Positions 42,401 to 55,900 of a stretch of DNA of 64,000 nt are shown here, one piece after another; positions within the stretch are counted from its first letter, which is position 1; the number at the start of each line of letters is the position of its first letter. Source of the DNA: the human T2T-CHM13v2.0 reference genome, Homo sapiens; NCBI RefSeq assembly GCF_009914755.1, contig NC_060944.1. One strand, 5' to 3'. A model generated the notes under the pieces. It searched no databases. It had not been told where the DNA came from and was given only the letters and a program-made list of their open reading frames with translations. A program made the position numbers and the translations under genes.

Positions 42401-45369
42401 AGTAGAATGCAATGGAAGGGAATGGAACCAAATGGAATGGAATGGCATTGAATGGGATCAACACGAGTGGAATGGAATGGAATGGAATGGATTGGAATTG
42501 AAAGGAATCCACCAGAGTGGAATATAATGGAAAAGAATGGAATGTAGTGGAATCAACCCGAGTGGGATGGAATCGTATAGATTGAAATGGAATGGAATGG
42601 AATGGTATGGAATGCAATGGAATGGAAAGGAAAGGAATGCAATGGAATCAAAACGAGTGGAATGGAATGGAATGGAAAGGAATGGAATGGAATTCAATAG
42701 AATCAACAGGAGTGGAATGGAATGGAAAGGAATTGAATGGAATGGAATGGAATGGAATGGAATCCAATCCAGTGTAAGGAAAGGGAATTGAATGGAATGG
42801 AATGGAATGGAATGGAATGGAATGGAATGGACTGGACTGGAATAAATTCGAGTGGAATGGAATGGAATGCAATTTAATATAAAGGAAATCAATGGAATCC
42901 ACCTGAATGGAATGGAAAGGAATGGAATGGAATGGAATGGAATGGAATGGAATGGATTGGAATGGAATGTATTGGAATGGAATCAACTCGAGTGGAATGG
43001 AAAGGAATGGAATGGAATGGAATGGAATGGAATGGAATGGAATGGAAAGGAATGGAATCAACCCGAGTGTAATGGAATGGAATGGAATGCAATGCAATGG
43101 AATGGAATCAACATGAGTGGAATGCAATAGAATGGAATGGAATGGAATGGAATTAAATGGTTTGGAATCAACCCACGTGGAATGTAGTGGATTCAAATGG
43201 AATCGAATCAACCCGAGAGGAATGAAATGGAATGGAATGGAAAGGAAAGGAATGGAATGGAGTGGAATGGAATGGGATGGAATGGAATGGAATGGAATGG
43301 GATGGGATGGAATGGAATGGAATGGAATGGAATGGAATGGAATGGAATGGAATGGAATGGAATCAACCCTAGTGGAATGGAATGGAATGGAATCAACCTG
43401 AGTGGAATGGAATGGAATGCAATGAAATGGTATGGAATGATTCGAATGGAATGGAATGGACTCAAAACGAGTGGAATGGAATGGAATGGAAACGAATGGA
43501 ACGGAAAGGAATGTTAACAAACCGAGTGGAATGGAATGGAATGCAATGGAATGGCATGGAATGGAATGGAATGGAAAGGAATAGAATGGAATGAAAACGA
43601 GTATAATGGAATGGATTCGAATGGAATGGAATAGATTGGAATCAAACAGAGTGGAATGGAATGCAATGAAATGGAATCGAATGGAATGGGATGGAATGCA
43701 ATGGCATGGAGTGGAGTGGAATGGAATGGAATGGAATGGAATGGAATGGAATGGAATGGAATAGAGTGCAACGGAATGGAATGGCATGGTATTGAATGGA
43801 ATGGTTTGGAATGCGTTGGAATGGAGTCGAATGGAATCAAATGGGATGAAATGGAATGGAATGGAATGGAATTAATTAGATTGCAATGCAATGGAATGGA
43901 ATGGAAAGCAATGGAATGGAATGGAATGGAATCAACACGTGTGGAATGTAACGCAAACGAATGGAATGGAATGCAATGGAATCAACAAAAGTGGAATGGA
44001 AGGGAATGGAATAGAATGGAATGGAATGGAATGGAATGCAATTAAGCCAACCCAAGTGGAATAGAATGGAATGGAATACGACGGAGTGGAATGAAAGGGA
44101 ATGGAATGGAATGGGATGGAATGGAATTATACCGAAGGGAGTGGATTGGAATTGAATGGAATGAAATGGAAAGGAATGCAATGGAATGGAATCAACCCGT
44201 GTCGAATGCAATGGAATGCAATGCAATGGAATGGAACGGAATGGAATGGAAAGCAATTGAATGGAATGGAATCAACCAGAGTGGAATGCAATGGAATGGA
44301 ATGGAATGGAATGGAATGGAATGGAATGGAATGGAATCAACCAGAGTGGAATGGAATGGAATGGAATGGAATGGGATCAACCGGAGTGAAATGGAATGGA
44401 AAGTTACGGAATGGAATGGAATGGGATCAACCGGAGGGAAATGGAATGGAAAGTTACGGAATGCAATGGAATGGAATGGAATGGAATTCAATGGAATGGA
44501 ATCAACACGAGTGAAATGGAACTGAAAGAACGGAATGGAATTTAATGTAATGTAATGGAATGGAATGGAATCACCCCGAGTGGAATGGAATGGAATGGAA
44601 TGGAATGGAATGGAATGGAACCAATAAGAGTGGAATGGATTGGAATGGAATGAAACGGAATGGAATCAACCCGAGTGGAATGGAATGGAATCATATTGAA
44701 TGGAATGGAATGGAATGGAATCCACCAGAATGCAGTGGAATAGAATGGAATGGAATGGAGTGGAATTAACCCAAGTGGAATGGAATGGAATCGAATAGAA
44801 TGGAGTGGAATGGAATGGAATGGAATGGATTGGAATCAAACTGAGTGAAATGGAATGGAAAGGAATGGGATGGAATAGAATGGAATGGAGGGGATTGGAA
44901 TCAATATGAGTGGAATGGAAATGAATGGAATGGAATGGAATTGAAAGGAATGGATTGGAATGGAATGGAATGGAACAGAATCAACCAGAGTGGAATTGAG
45001 TTTAATGGACCGGAATGGAATGGATTGGAATGGAATAAACCCGAGTAGAAGGCAACGGAAGGGAATGGAATCGAATGGAATGGAATGGCGTTGAATGGAA
45101 TCAACACAAGTGGAATGGAATGGAATGGAATGGAATGGAATCAACCCGAGTGGAATGTAATGGAATGGAATAGAATCAACCCAGGTAGAATGGAATGGTA
45201 AGGAATGAAACGGAATGGAATGGAATGGAATGGTATGGAATGGAATGGAATGCAATGCAATGCAATGGAAAGGAATGCAATGGAATCAAAACGAGTGGAA
45301 TGGAATGGAATGGAAAGGAATGGAATGGAATTCAGTAGAATCAACGCGAGTGGAATGGAATACAAAGGA

Positions 45370-48200
45370 ATGGAATGGAATGGAATGGAATGGAATGGAA
45401 TGGAATGAAATGGATTGGAATCAACCCGCATGGAATGTAGTGGATTCGAATGGAATGGAATCAACCCGATAGGAATGGAATGAAATGGAATGGAATGAAA
45501 TGGAATGGAATGCAATGGAATTGAATGGAAAGGAATGGAGTCAAACCTACTGGAATGGAAGAGAATGGAATGGAAAGGAATGGAATGGAATGGAATGCAA
45601 TGGAATCAACCCGACTAGACTGTAATGCAATGGAATGTAATGGAATGAAATGGAGTCAAACCGACTGGAATGGAATGGAATGGAATGCAATGGAATCAAC
45701 TCGAATGGATTGGAATGGAATGCAATGGAATGGAATGGAATGGAATGGAATGGAATGGATTCAGTGTGAGAGGAATGGAATGGAAGGGAGTGGAATGGAA
45801 TAGAACGAAATGGAATAGAATGGAACGGAATGCAATAGAATGGATTGAAATGGAATGGAAAGGAATAAAATCAAGTGAAATTGGATGGAATGGAATGGAA
45901 TGGAATGGAATGGAATGGAATGGAATCCACCCAAGTGCAATGGAATGGATTTGAATAGATTGGAATGGAATGGAATGGAACGGAATGGACTTCACACCAG
46001 TGCAATGGAATGGAATGGAATGGAACAAATCCGAGTGGAATGGAATGGAATGGAAATTAATGGAATGGAATGGAATGGAATCAACCCGAGTGGAATGGAA
46101 TGGAATGCAATGAAATGGTTTGGAATGGTGTGGAATGGAATGGAATGGAATGCAATGGAATGGAATCAAAGCGAGTAGAATGGAATGGAATGAAATGGAA
46201 TGGAATGGAATCAACACGAGTGGAATGGAAGGGAATGGAATGGGAAGGGATGGAATGGAAAGGAACGCAATGCAATGGAATCAACCCGAGAAGAATGGAA
46301 AGGAATGGAATGGAATGGAATGGAATGGAATGAAATGGATTGGAATCAACCCGCATGGAGTGTAGTGGATTCGAATGGAATGGAATCAACCCGATAGGAA
46401 TGGAATGAAATGGAATGGAATGAAATGGAATGGAATGCAATGGAATTGAATGGAAAGGAATGGAGTCAAACCTACTGGAATGGAAGAGAATGGAATGGAA
46501 AGGAATGGAATGGAATGGAATGCAATGGAATCAACCCGACTAGACTGTAATGCAATGGAATGTAATGGAATGAAATGGAGTCAAACCGACTGGAATGGAA
46601 TGGAATGGAATGCAATGGAATCAACTCGAATGGATTGGAATGGAATGCAATGGAATGGAATGGAATGGAATGGAATGGAATGGATTCAGTGTGAGAGGAA
46701 TGGAATGGAAGGGAGTGGAATGGAATAGAACGAAATGGAATAGAATGGAACGGAATGCAATAGAATGGATTGAAATGGAATGGAAAGGAATAAAATCAAG
46801 TGAAATTGGATGGAATGGAATGGAATGGAATGGAATGGAATGGAATGGAATCCACCCAAGTGCAATGGAATGGATTTGAATAGATTGGAATGGAATGGAA
46901 TGGAACGGAATGGACTTCACACCAGTGCAATGGAATGGAATGGAATGGAACAAATCCGAGTGGAATGGAATGGAATGGAAATTAATGGAATGGAATGGAA
47001 TGGAATCAACCCGAGTGGAATGGAATGGAATGCAATGAAATGGTTTGGAATGGTGTGGAATGGAATGGAATGGAATGCAATGGAATGGAATCAAAGCGAG
47101 TAGAATGGAATGGAATGAAATGGAATGGAATGGAATCAACACGAGTGGAATGGAAGGGAATGGAATGGGAAGGGATGGAATGGAAAGGAACGCAATGCAA
47201 TGGAATCAACCCGAGAAGAATGGAAAGGAATGGAATGGAATGGAATGGAATGGAATGAAATGGATTGGAATCAACCCGCATGGAGTGTAGTGGATTCGAA
47301 TGGAATGGAATCAACCCGATAGGAATGGAATGAAATGGAATGGAATGAAATGGAATGGAATGCAATGGAATTGAATGGAAAGGAATGGAGTCAAACCTAC
47401 TGGAATGGAAGAGAATGGAATGGAAAGGAATGGAATGGAATGGAATGCAATGGAATCAACCCGACTAGACTGTAATGCAATGGAATGTAATGGAATGAAA
47501 TGGAGTCAAACCGACTGGAATGGAATGGAATGGAATGCAATGGAATCAACTCGAATGGATTGGAATGGAATGCAATGGAATGGAATGGAATGGAATGGAA
47601 TGGAATGGAATGGAATGGAATGGATTCAGTGTGAGAGGAATGGAATGGAAGGGAGTGGAATGGAATAGAACGAAATGGAATAGAATGGAACTTAATGCAA
47701 TAGAATGGATTGAAATGGAATGGAAAGGAATAAAATCAAGTGAAATTGGATGGAATGGAATGGAATGGAATGGAATGGAATGGAATGGAATGGAATGGAA
47801 TGGAATCCACCCAAGTGCAATGGAATGGATTTGAATAGATTGGAATGGAATGGAATGGAACGGAATGGACTTCACACCAGTGCAATGGAATAGAATGGAA
47901 TGGAACAAATCCGAGTGGAATGGAATGGAATGGAAATTAATGGAATGGAATGGAATGGAATCAACCCGAGTGGAATGGAATGGAATGCAATGAAATGGTT
48001 TGGAATGGTGTGGAATGGAATGGAATGGAATGCAATGGAATGGAATCAAAGCGAGTAGAATGGAATGGAATGAAATGGAATGGAATGGAATCAACACGAG
48101 TGGAATGGAAGGGAATGGAATGGGAAGGGATGGAATGGAAAGGAACGCAATGCAATGGAATCAACCCGAGAAGAATGGAAAGGAATGGAATGGAATGGAA
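45370..48200 (+). repeat. 925-bp tandem triplication (925, 925, 955 bp)
   Basis: TCAACCCGCATGG 45421/46346/47271; TCAACCCGAGAAGAA 46281/47206/48161; translated strings at 45525/46450/47375 and 45696/46621/47546. Confidence 0.96.
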
Positions 48201-48589
48201 TGCAATGGAATGGAATGGAATGGAAAGGAATACAAGGGAATGGAATGGAATGGAGTCAACTGGAATGGAATGGAATGGAATGGAACCAACACGAGTGGAA
48301 TGAAATGGAAAGGAGCGGAATGGACAGGAAAGGAATGGAAAGAAACTGAATGTAATGGAATCGAATGGAGTGGAATTGAATGGAATTAAATGGAATAAAT
48401 GTGACTGAAATGGAATGGAATGGAACGGAATGGATGGGAATGGAATGGAATGGAATGCAATGGAATCAATGAGAGTGCAATGGAATGGAATGGAATGGAA
48501 TGGAATGGAATGGAATGGAGCAAATAAAATGGAATTTATTTGAATGGAATGGAATCAACTGGAATGGAATGGAATGGAATGGAATGGAA

Positions 48590-50290
48590 TGGAATGGAAT
48601 CAACCAGAGTGGAATGGAATGGAATGGAATGGAAAAGAATGGAATGGAATGCAATCAACCCGAGTGGAATGTAATGGAGTGCAATGGAATGGAATGAATG
48701 GATTGGAATGGAATGGAATCGAATGCAATGGAATGGAATAGCATGGAATGTAATGGAATGCAATGGAAAGTAATCAAGCCAGGTGGAATCGAAAGGAATG
48801 GAATGGAATTGAATGCAATGGAATTGAATGGAATCAAGCCAAGTGGAATGTAATGGCATGGAATGGAATGGAATGGAATGGAAAGGAATGGAATGGATTC
48901 AACGCGATTGGAAAGGAATGGAATGGAATGGAATGGAATCAACCCGAGTGGAATGGAGTGCAACGGAATGGAATGAAATGGAATGAAATGGAATGGAATG
49001 GAATGGAATGGAATGGAATGGAATGGAATGGAATGGAATCAACGTGATTGTAAAGGAATGAAATGAAATGGAATGGAATGGAATGCAATTGAATCAACTC
49101 GATTGGAAAGGAATGGTTGGAATGGAAATGAAAGGAATGGAATGGAATGAAATCAACCCGAATGGAATGGAATGGAATGGAATTTAATGGAATGGAATGG
49201 AATGGAATGGAATGGAATGGAATGGAATGGAATAGAATGGAATGGAATGGAAAGCAATGGAGTCAACCTGAATGGCATCAAATGGAATGGAATGCAATGG
49301 AATGGAATGGAATGGAATGGATTGGAATGGAATGGAATGGGATGGAATGGAATCAAACCGAGTGGAGTAGAATGGAATGGAATGCAATGGATTCGATTGG
49401 AATTAAATTAACCCGATTGGAATGGAGTGGAATGGAATGGAATGGAATGCAAAGAAGCCGATTGGAATGCAGTGGACTGCAAAGGAATGGAATTGAAAGG
49501 GATGGAATGGAATGGAATGGAATGGAATGGAATGGAATGGAATCAACCAGAGTGGAATGGAATGGAATGGAATGGAAAAGAATGGAATGGAATGCAATCA
49601 ACCCGAGTGGAATGTAATGGAGTGTAATGGAATGGAATGAATGGATTGGAATGGAATGGAATTGAATGCAATGGAATGGAATAGCATGGAATGTAATGGA
49701 ATGCAATGGAAAGTAATCAAGCCAGGTGGAATCGAAAGGAATGGAATGGAATTGAATGCAATGGAATTGAATGGAATCAAGCCGAGTGGAATGTAATGGC
49801 ATGGAATGGAATGGAATGGAATGGAAAGGAATGGAATGGATTCAACGCGATTGGAAAGGAATGGAATGGAATGGAATGGAATCAACCCGAGTGGAATGGA
49901 GTGCAACGGAATGGAATGAAATGGAATGGAATGGAATGGAATGGAATCAACGTGATTGTAAAGGAATGAAATGAAATTGAATGGAATGGAATGCAATTGA
50001 ATCAACTCGATTGGAAAGGAATGGTTGGAATGGAAATGAAAGGAATGGAATGGAATGAAATCAACCCGAATGGAATGGAATGGAATGGAATGGAATGGAA
50101 TTTAATGGAATGGAATGGAATGGAATGGAATGGAATGGAATGGAATAGAATGGAATGGAATGGAAAGCAATGGAGTCAACCCGAATGGCATCGAATGGAA
50201 TGGAATGCAATGTAATGGAAGGGAATGGAATGGAATGGAATGGAATGGAATGGAATGGAATAGGATGGAATGGAATCAAACCGAGTGGAG
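48590..50290 (+). repeat. ~943-bp offset duplication (~48590-49370 vs ~49535-50290)
   Basis: CAACCAGAGT..GAAAAGAAT 48601/49544; GTAATCAAGCCAGGTGG; translated strings at 48655/49598 and 48763/49706. Confidence 0.85.
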
Positions 50291-52945
50291 TGGAATGGAA
50301 TTGAATGTAATGGAATGGAGTAAACTGCAATTGAAAGGAATGGAATGGAATGGAATGGAAACAACCCGAGTGGAATGGAATTGAATGGAATGGAATGCAA
50401 TGGAATCAACCCGAGTGGAATTGAATGGAATAGAATGGAATGGAATGGAATCAACGCGAGTGGAATGGAATGGAATGAATAGAATAGAATTAACCTGAGT
50501 GAAATGGAATGGAAAGGAGTGGAATGGAATTTAATGGAATTGAATGGAATGGAATGGAATCAACATGAGTGGAATGGAATGAAATGGAATCGAATGGAAA
50601 GCAATGGAATTGAATGGAATCAACCAGAGTTGAATGGAATTGAATGGAATGGAATGGATTGGAATCAACCCAAATGGAAAGGTATTGATTGAAATTACAC
50701 CGAGTGAAATGGCATGGAAAGGAACGGAATAGAATTTAATGGAATAGAATGGAATGGAATGGAATCAAACCGAGTGGAATTGAATGGAATGAAATGGAAT
50801 GCAATGTAATGGAATGGAACCAATAAGAGTGGAATGGATTGGAATGGAATGGAATGGAATGAAAGGGAATGGAATCAACCCCAGGGGAATGGAATGGAAT
50901 GGAATGCAATGGAATGGAATGGAATGGAATGGAATGGAATGGAATGGAATAAATCAGAGTGGAATGGAATAGAATGGAATGGAATGGAGTGGAATCAAAC
51001 CCAGTGGAATGGAATGGAACGGAATGCAATGGAATCAACACGACTGGACTGGAATGGAATGGAATGGAATGGAATGGAATGGAATGGAATGAAATGGAAT
51101 GGAAAGCAATGGAGTCAACCTGAATGGCATCGAATGGAATGGAATGCAATGGAATGGAATGGAATGGAATGGAATGGAATGGAATGGAATGGGATGGAAT
51201 GGAATCAAACCGAGTGGAGTGGAATGGAATGGAATGCAATGGATTCGATTGGAATTAAATTAACCCGATTGGAATGGAGTGGAATGGAATGGAATGGAAT
51301 GCAAAGAAGCCGATTGGAATGCAGTGGACTGCAAAGGAATGGAATTGAAAGGGATGGAATGGAATGGAATGGAATGGAATGGAATGGAATGGAATGGAAT
51401 CAACCAGAGTGGAATGGAATGGAATGGAATGGAAAAGAATGGAATGGAATGCAATCAACCCGAGTGGAATGTAATGGAGTGTAATGGAATGGAATGAATG
51501 GATTGGAATGGAATGGAATTGAATGCAATGGAATGGAATAGCATGGAATGTAATGGAATGCAATGGAAAGTAATCAAGCCACGTGGAATCGAAAGGAATG
51601 GAATGGAATTGAATGCAATGGAATTGAATGGAATCAAGCCGAGTGGAATGTAATGGCATGGAATGGAATGGAATGGAATGGAAAGGAATGGAATGGATTC
51701 AACGCGATTGGAAAGGAATGGAATGGAATGGAATGGAATCAACCCGAGTGGAATGGAGTGCAACGGAATGGAATGAAATGGAATGGAATGGAATGGAATG
51801 GAATCAACGTGATTGTAAAGGAATGAAATGAAATTGAATGGAATGGAATGCAATTGAATCAACTCGATTGGAAAGGAATGGTTGGAATGGAAATGAAAGG
51901 AATGGAATGGAATGAAATCAACCCGAATGGAATGGAATGGAATGGAATGGAATGGAATTTAATGGAATGGAATGGAATGGAATGGAATGGAATGGAATGG
52001 AATGGAATAGAATGGAATGGAATGGAAAGCAATGGAGTCAACCCGAATGGCATCGAATAGAATGGAATGCAATGGAATGGAATGGAATGGAATGGAATGG
52101 AATGGAATGGAATGGGATGCAATGGAATCAAACCGAGTGGAGTGGAATGGAATTGAATGTAATGGAATGGAGTAAACTGCAATTGAAAGGAATGGAATGG
52201 AATGTAATGGAAACAACCCCAGTGGAATGGAATTGAATGGAATGGAATGCAATGGAATCAACCCGAGTGGAATTGAATGGAATAGAATGGAATGGAATGG
52301 AATCAACGCGAGTGGAATGGAATGGAATGAATAGAATGGAATTAACCCGAGTGAAATGGAATGGAAAGGAGTGGAATGGAATTTAATGGAATTGAATGGA
52401 ATGGAATGGAATCAACATGAGTGGAATGGAATGAAATGGAATGGAATGCAAAGCAATGGAATTGAATGGAATCAACCAGAGTTGAATGGAATTGAATGGA
52501 ATGGAATGGATTGGAATCAACCCAAATGGAATGGTATTGATTGAAATTACCCCGAGTGAAATGGCATGGAAAGGAACGGAATAGAATTTAATGGAATAGA
52601 ATGGAATGGAATGGAATCAAACCGAGTGGAATTGAATGGAATCAAATGGAATGCAACGTAATGGAATGGAAACAATAAGAGTGGAATGGATTGGAATGAA
52701 ATGGAATGGAATGAAAGGGAATGGAATCAACCCCAGGGGAATGGAATGGAATGGAATGGAATGGAATGGAATGGAATGGAATGGAATGGAATGGAATGGA
52801 ATGGAATAAATCAGAGTGGAAGGGAATAGAATGGAATGGAATGGAGTGGAATCAAACCCAGTGGAATGGAATGGAACGGAATGCAATGGAATCAACCCGA
52901 CTGGACTGGAATGGAATGGAATGGAATGGAATGGAATGAAATGGA
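49240..52945 (+). repeat. ~1.855 kb tandem duplication (~49240-51100 and ~51100-52945)
   Basis: AGTCAACCTGAATGGCATC 49261/51113, CGACTGGACT 51041/52898; translated strings at 49598/51455, 49706/51563, 50504/52356 (offsets 1852-1857). Confidence 0.92.
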
Positions 52946-55900
52946 ATCAAACCGACTGGAATGGAATGGAATGGAATGGAATGGAATGGAATGGAATGGA
53001 ATCAACTCGAATGGAATGGAATGGAATGGAATGGAATCTAATGGAATGGAATGAAATGGAATGGATTCAATGTGAGAGGAATGGAATGGAATGGAGGGGA
53101 ATGGACGGGAACGAAATGAAATAGAATGGAACGAATGCAATGGAATGGATTGAAATGGAATGGAAAGGAATAAAATCGAGTGAAATTGGATGCAATGGAT
53201 TGGAATGGAATGGAATGGAATGGAATCCACCCAAGTGGAATGGAATGGATTGGAATGGATTGGAATGGAATGGAATTGAATGCAATGGACTTCACACGAG
53301 TGCAACGGAATGGAATGGAATGGAACCAACCCGAGTGGAATGGAATGGAATGGAAATTAATGGAATGGAAAAGAATGGAATCAACCCGAGTGGAATGGAA
53401 TGGAATGCAATGAAATGGTTTGGAATGGTGTGGAATGGAATGGAATGGAATGCAATGGAATGGAATCAAAGCGAGTGGAATGGAATGGAATGCAATGGAA
53501 TGGAATGGAATCAACCCGAGTGGAATGCAATGGAATGGAATAAAATGGAATGGAATGGAATGAAATGGATTGGAATCAACCCGCGTGCGATGTATTGGAT
53601 TCGAATGGAATGGAATCAACCCGATAAGAATGGAATGAAAAGGAATGGAATGGAATGGAATGGAATGGAATGGTGTCGAATAGAATGGTATGGAATGGAA
53701 TGAACCCTCGTGGAATGGAATGGAATGGAATGGAATGGAATGGAATGGAACAGAATGGAACGGAATCTTCCGCAGTGGAATGGAATGGAATGGAATAGAA
53801 TCAACCTGAGTGGAATGGAATGGAATGCAATGAAATGTTATAGAATGGTTTAAATGGAAAGGAATGGAATCGAAACGAGGGGAATGGAATGGAATGGAAA
53901 CGAATGGAATGGAATGGAATGGAATGGAAACAACCCTAGTGGAATGGAACGAAATGCCAAGGAATGGTATGCAATGGAATGGAATGGAATAGAATGGAAT
54001 CAAAACGAGTGGAATGCAATGGAATGGAATGGAATAGATTGGAATGAAACCGAGTGGAATGGAATGCAATGGAATGGAATGAAATGGAATGGAATGGAAT
54101 GGAATGGAATGGAATGGAATGGAATGGAATGGAATGCAATAGCGCGGAATGGAATGGAATGGAAGGGAATGGAATGGAATGGAATGCAATGGAATGGAAT
54201 AGACTGCGACGGAATGGAATGGAATGGTATTGAATGGAAACGATAGGAATGCATTCGAATGGAATCGAATGTAATCTACTTTTAATGGAAGGGAATGGAA
54301 TGGAATGGAATGGAATCAATTATATTGGAATGGAATGGAATGAAATGGAATGCAATGGAATGGAAAGGAATGCAATCAACCCGTGATAATGGAAAGCAAA
54401 GGAATGGAATAGAACGGAATGGAATCAACAAAAGTGGAAAGGAAGGGAATGGAATAGAATGGAATGGAATGGAATGGATTGGAAGGCAATGGAGTCAACC
54501 CAAATGGAATCGAATGTTATGGAATGAAATGGAAGGGAACGAAATGGAATGGAATGGCATGGAATGGAATGGGATGGAATGCAATTAAACCGAGTGGAGT
54601 GTAATGGATTTGAATGGAATGGAATGGAATAAATTGCAATGGAATGGAATGGAATGCAATGGAATGGAATCAACCCGTCTGGAATGGAATGGAATGGAAA
54701 GGAATGGAAAGCAAGGCAATGGAATGGAATGAACTGCAATGGAATGGAATGGAATGGAATGGAATGGAATGGAATGGAATGGATTGGAATCAAACCGAGT
54801 GGAATGGAATGGAATGGCATGAAATGGAATGGAATGGAATGGAATGAAATCAACCTGAGTGGAATGGAATGGAATGGAATGGCATGGAATAGAATGGAAT
54901 GGAGTGGATGAGAATCAATCTGAGTGGAATGCAAAGGAATGGAATTGAATGAAATGGAATGGAATAGAATGAACCAGAGTGGAATTGAGTGGAATTGACC
55001 GGAATGGAATGGAATGGAATGTAATGGAATGGAATGGAATAAACCCGATTCGAATGCAATGGAAGGGAATGGAATCGAATGGAATGCAATGGCTTTGAAT
55101 GGCATCAACAAGAGTGGAGTGCAATGGAATGGAATGGATTGGAATGGAATGGAATCCACACGAGAGGAATGTAATGGAAAGGAATGGAAAGGAATGGAAT
55201 CAACCCGAGTCGAATGGAATGCTATGGAATGAAATGGAATGGAATGGAATGGTATGGAATGGAATGGAATGGAATGGAAAGGAAAGGAATGCAATTGAAT
55301 CAAAACGAGTGGAATGGAAAGGAATGGAAAGGAATGGAATGGAATTCAATAGAATCAACACGAGTGGAATGGAAAGAAAGGAATTTAATGGAATGGAAAG
55401 GAATGGACTGGAATACAATCCAGTGTACAGGAATAGAATGGAATGGAATGGAATGGAATAAATTCGAATGGAATGGAATGGAATGCAATGTAATATGATG
55501 GAAAGGAATAGAATGCACCCGAATGGAATGGAAAGGAATGGAATGGAATGGAATGGAATGGAATGGAATGGATTGGAATGGAATCAACGCGAGTGGAATG
55601 CAAAGGAATAGAATGGAATGGAATTAAATGGAATGGAATGGAAAGGAATGGAATGGAATGGAATGGAATGGAACGGAATCGAATGGAATGGAATGGAATG
55701 GAAAGGAATGGAATCAACCCGAGTGGAATGGAATGGAATGGAATGCAATGTAATGGAATGGAATCAACCCGAGTGGAATGCAATGGAATGGAATGGAATG
55801 GAATGGAATGGAATGGATTGGAATCAACAATGCGTGGAATGTATTGCATTTGAATAGACTGGAATGAACCCGAGAGGAATGGAATGGAATGGAATGGAAT

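Noticed and set aside
50686-50698. DUX4-like site TGATTGAAATTA (also ~52538)
   Set aside because: It is one base longer than the TGATTRRRTTA consensus and can be explained by pentamer decay.
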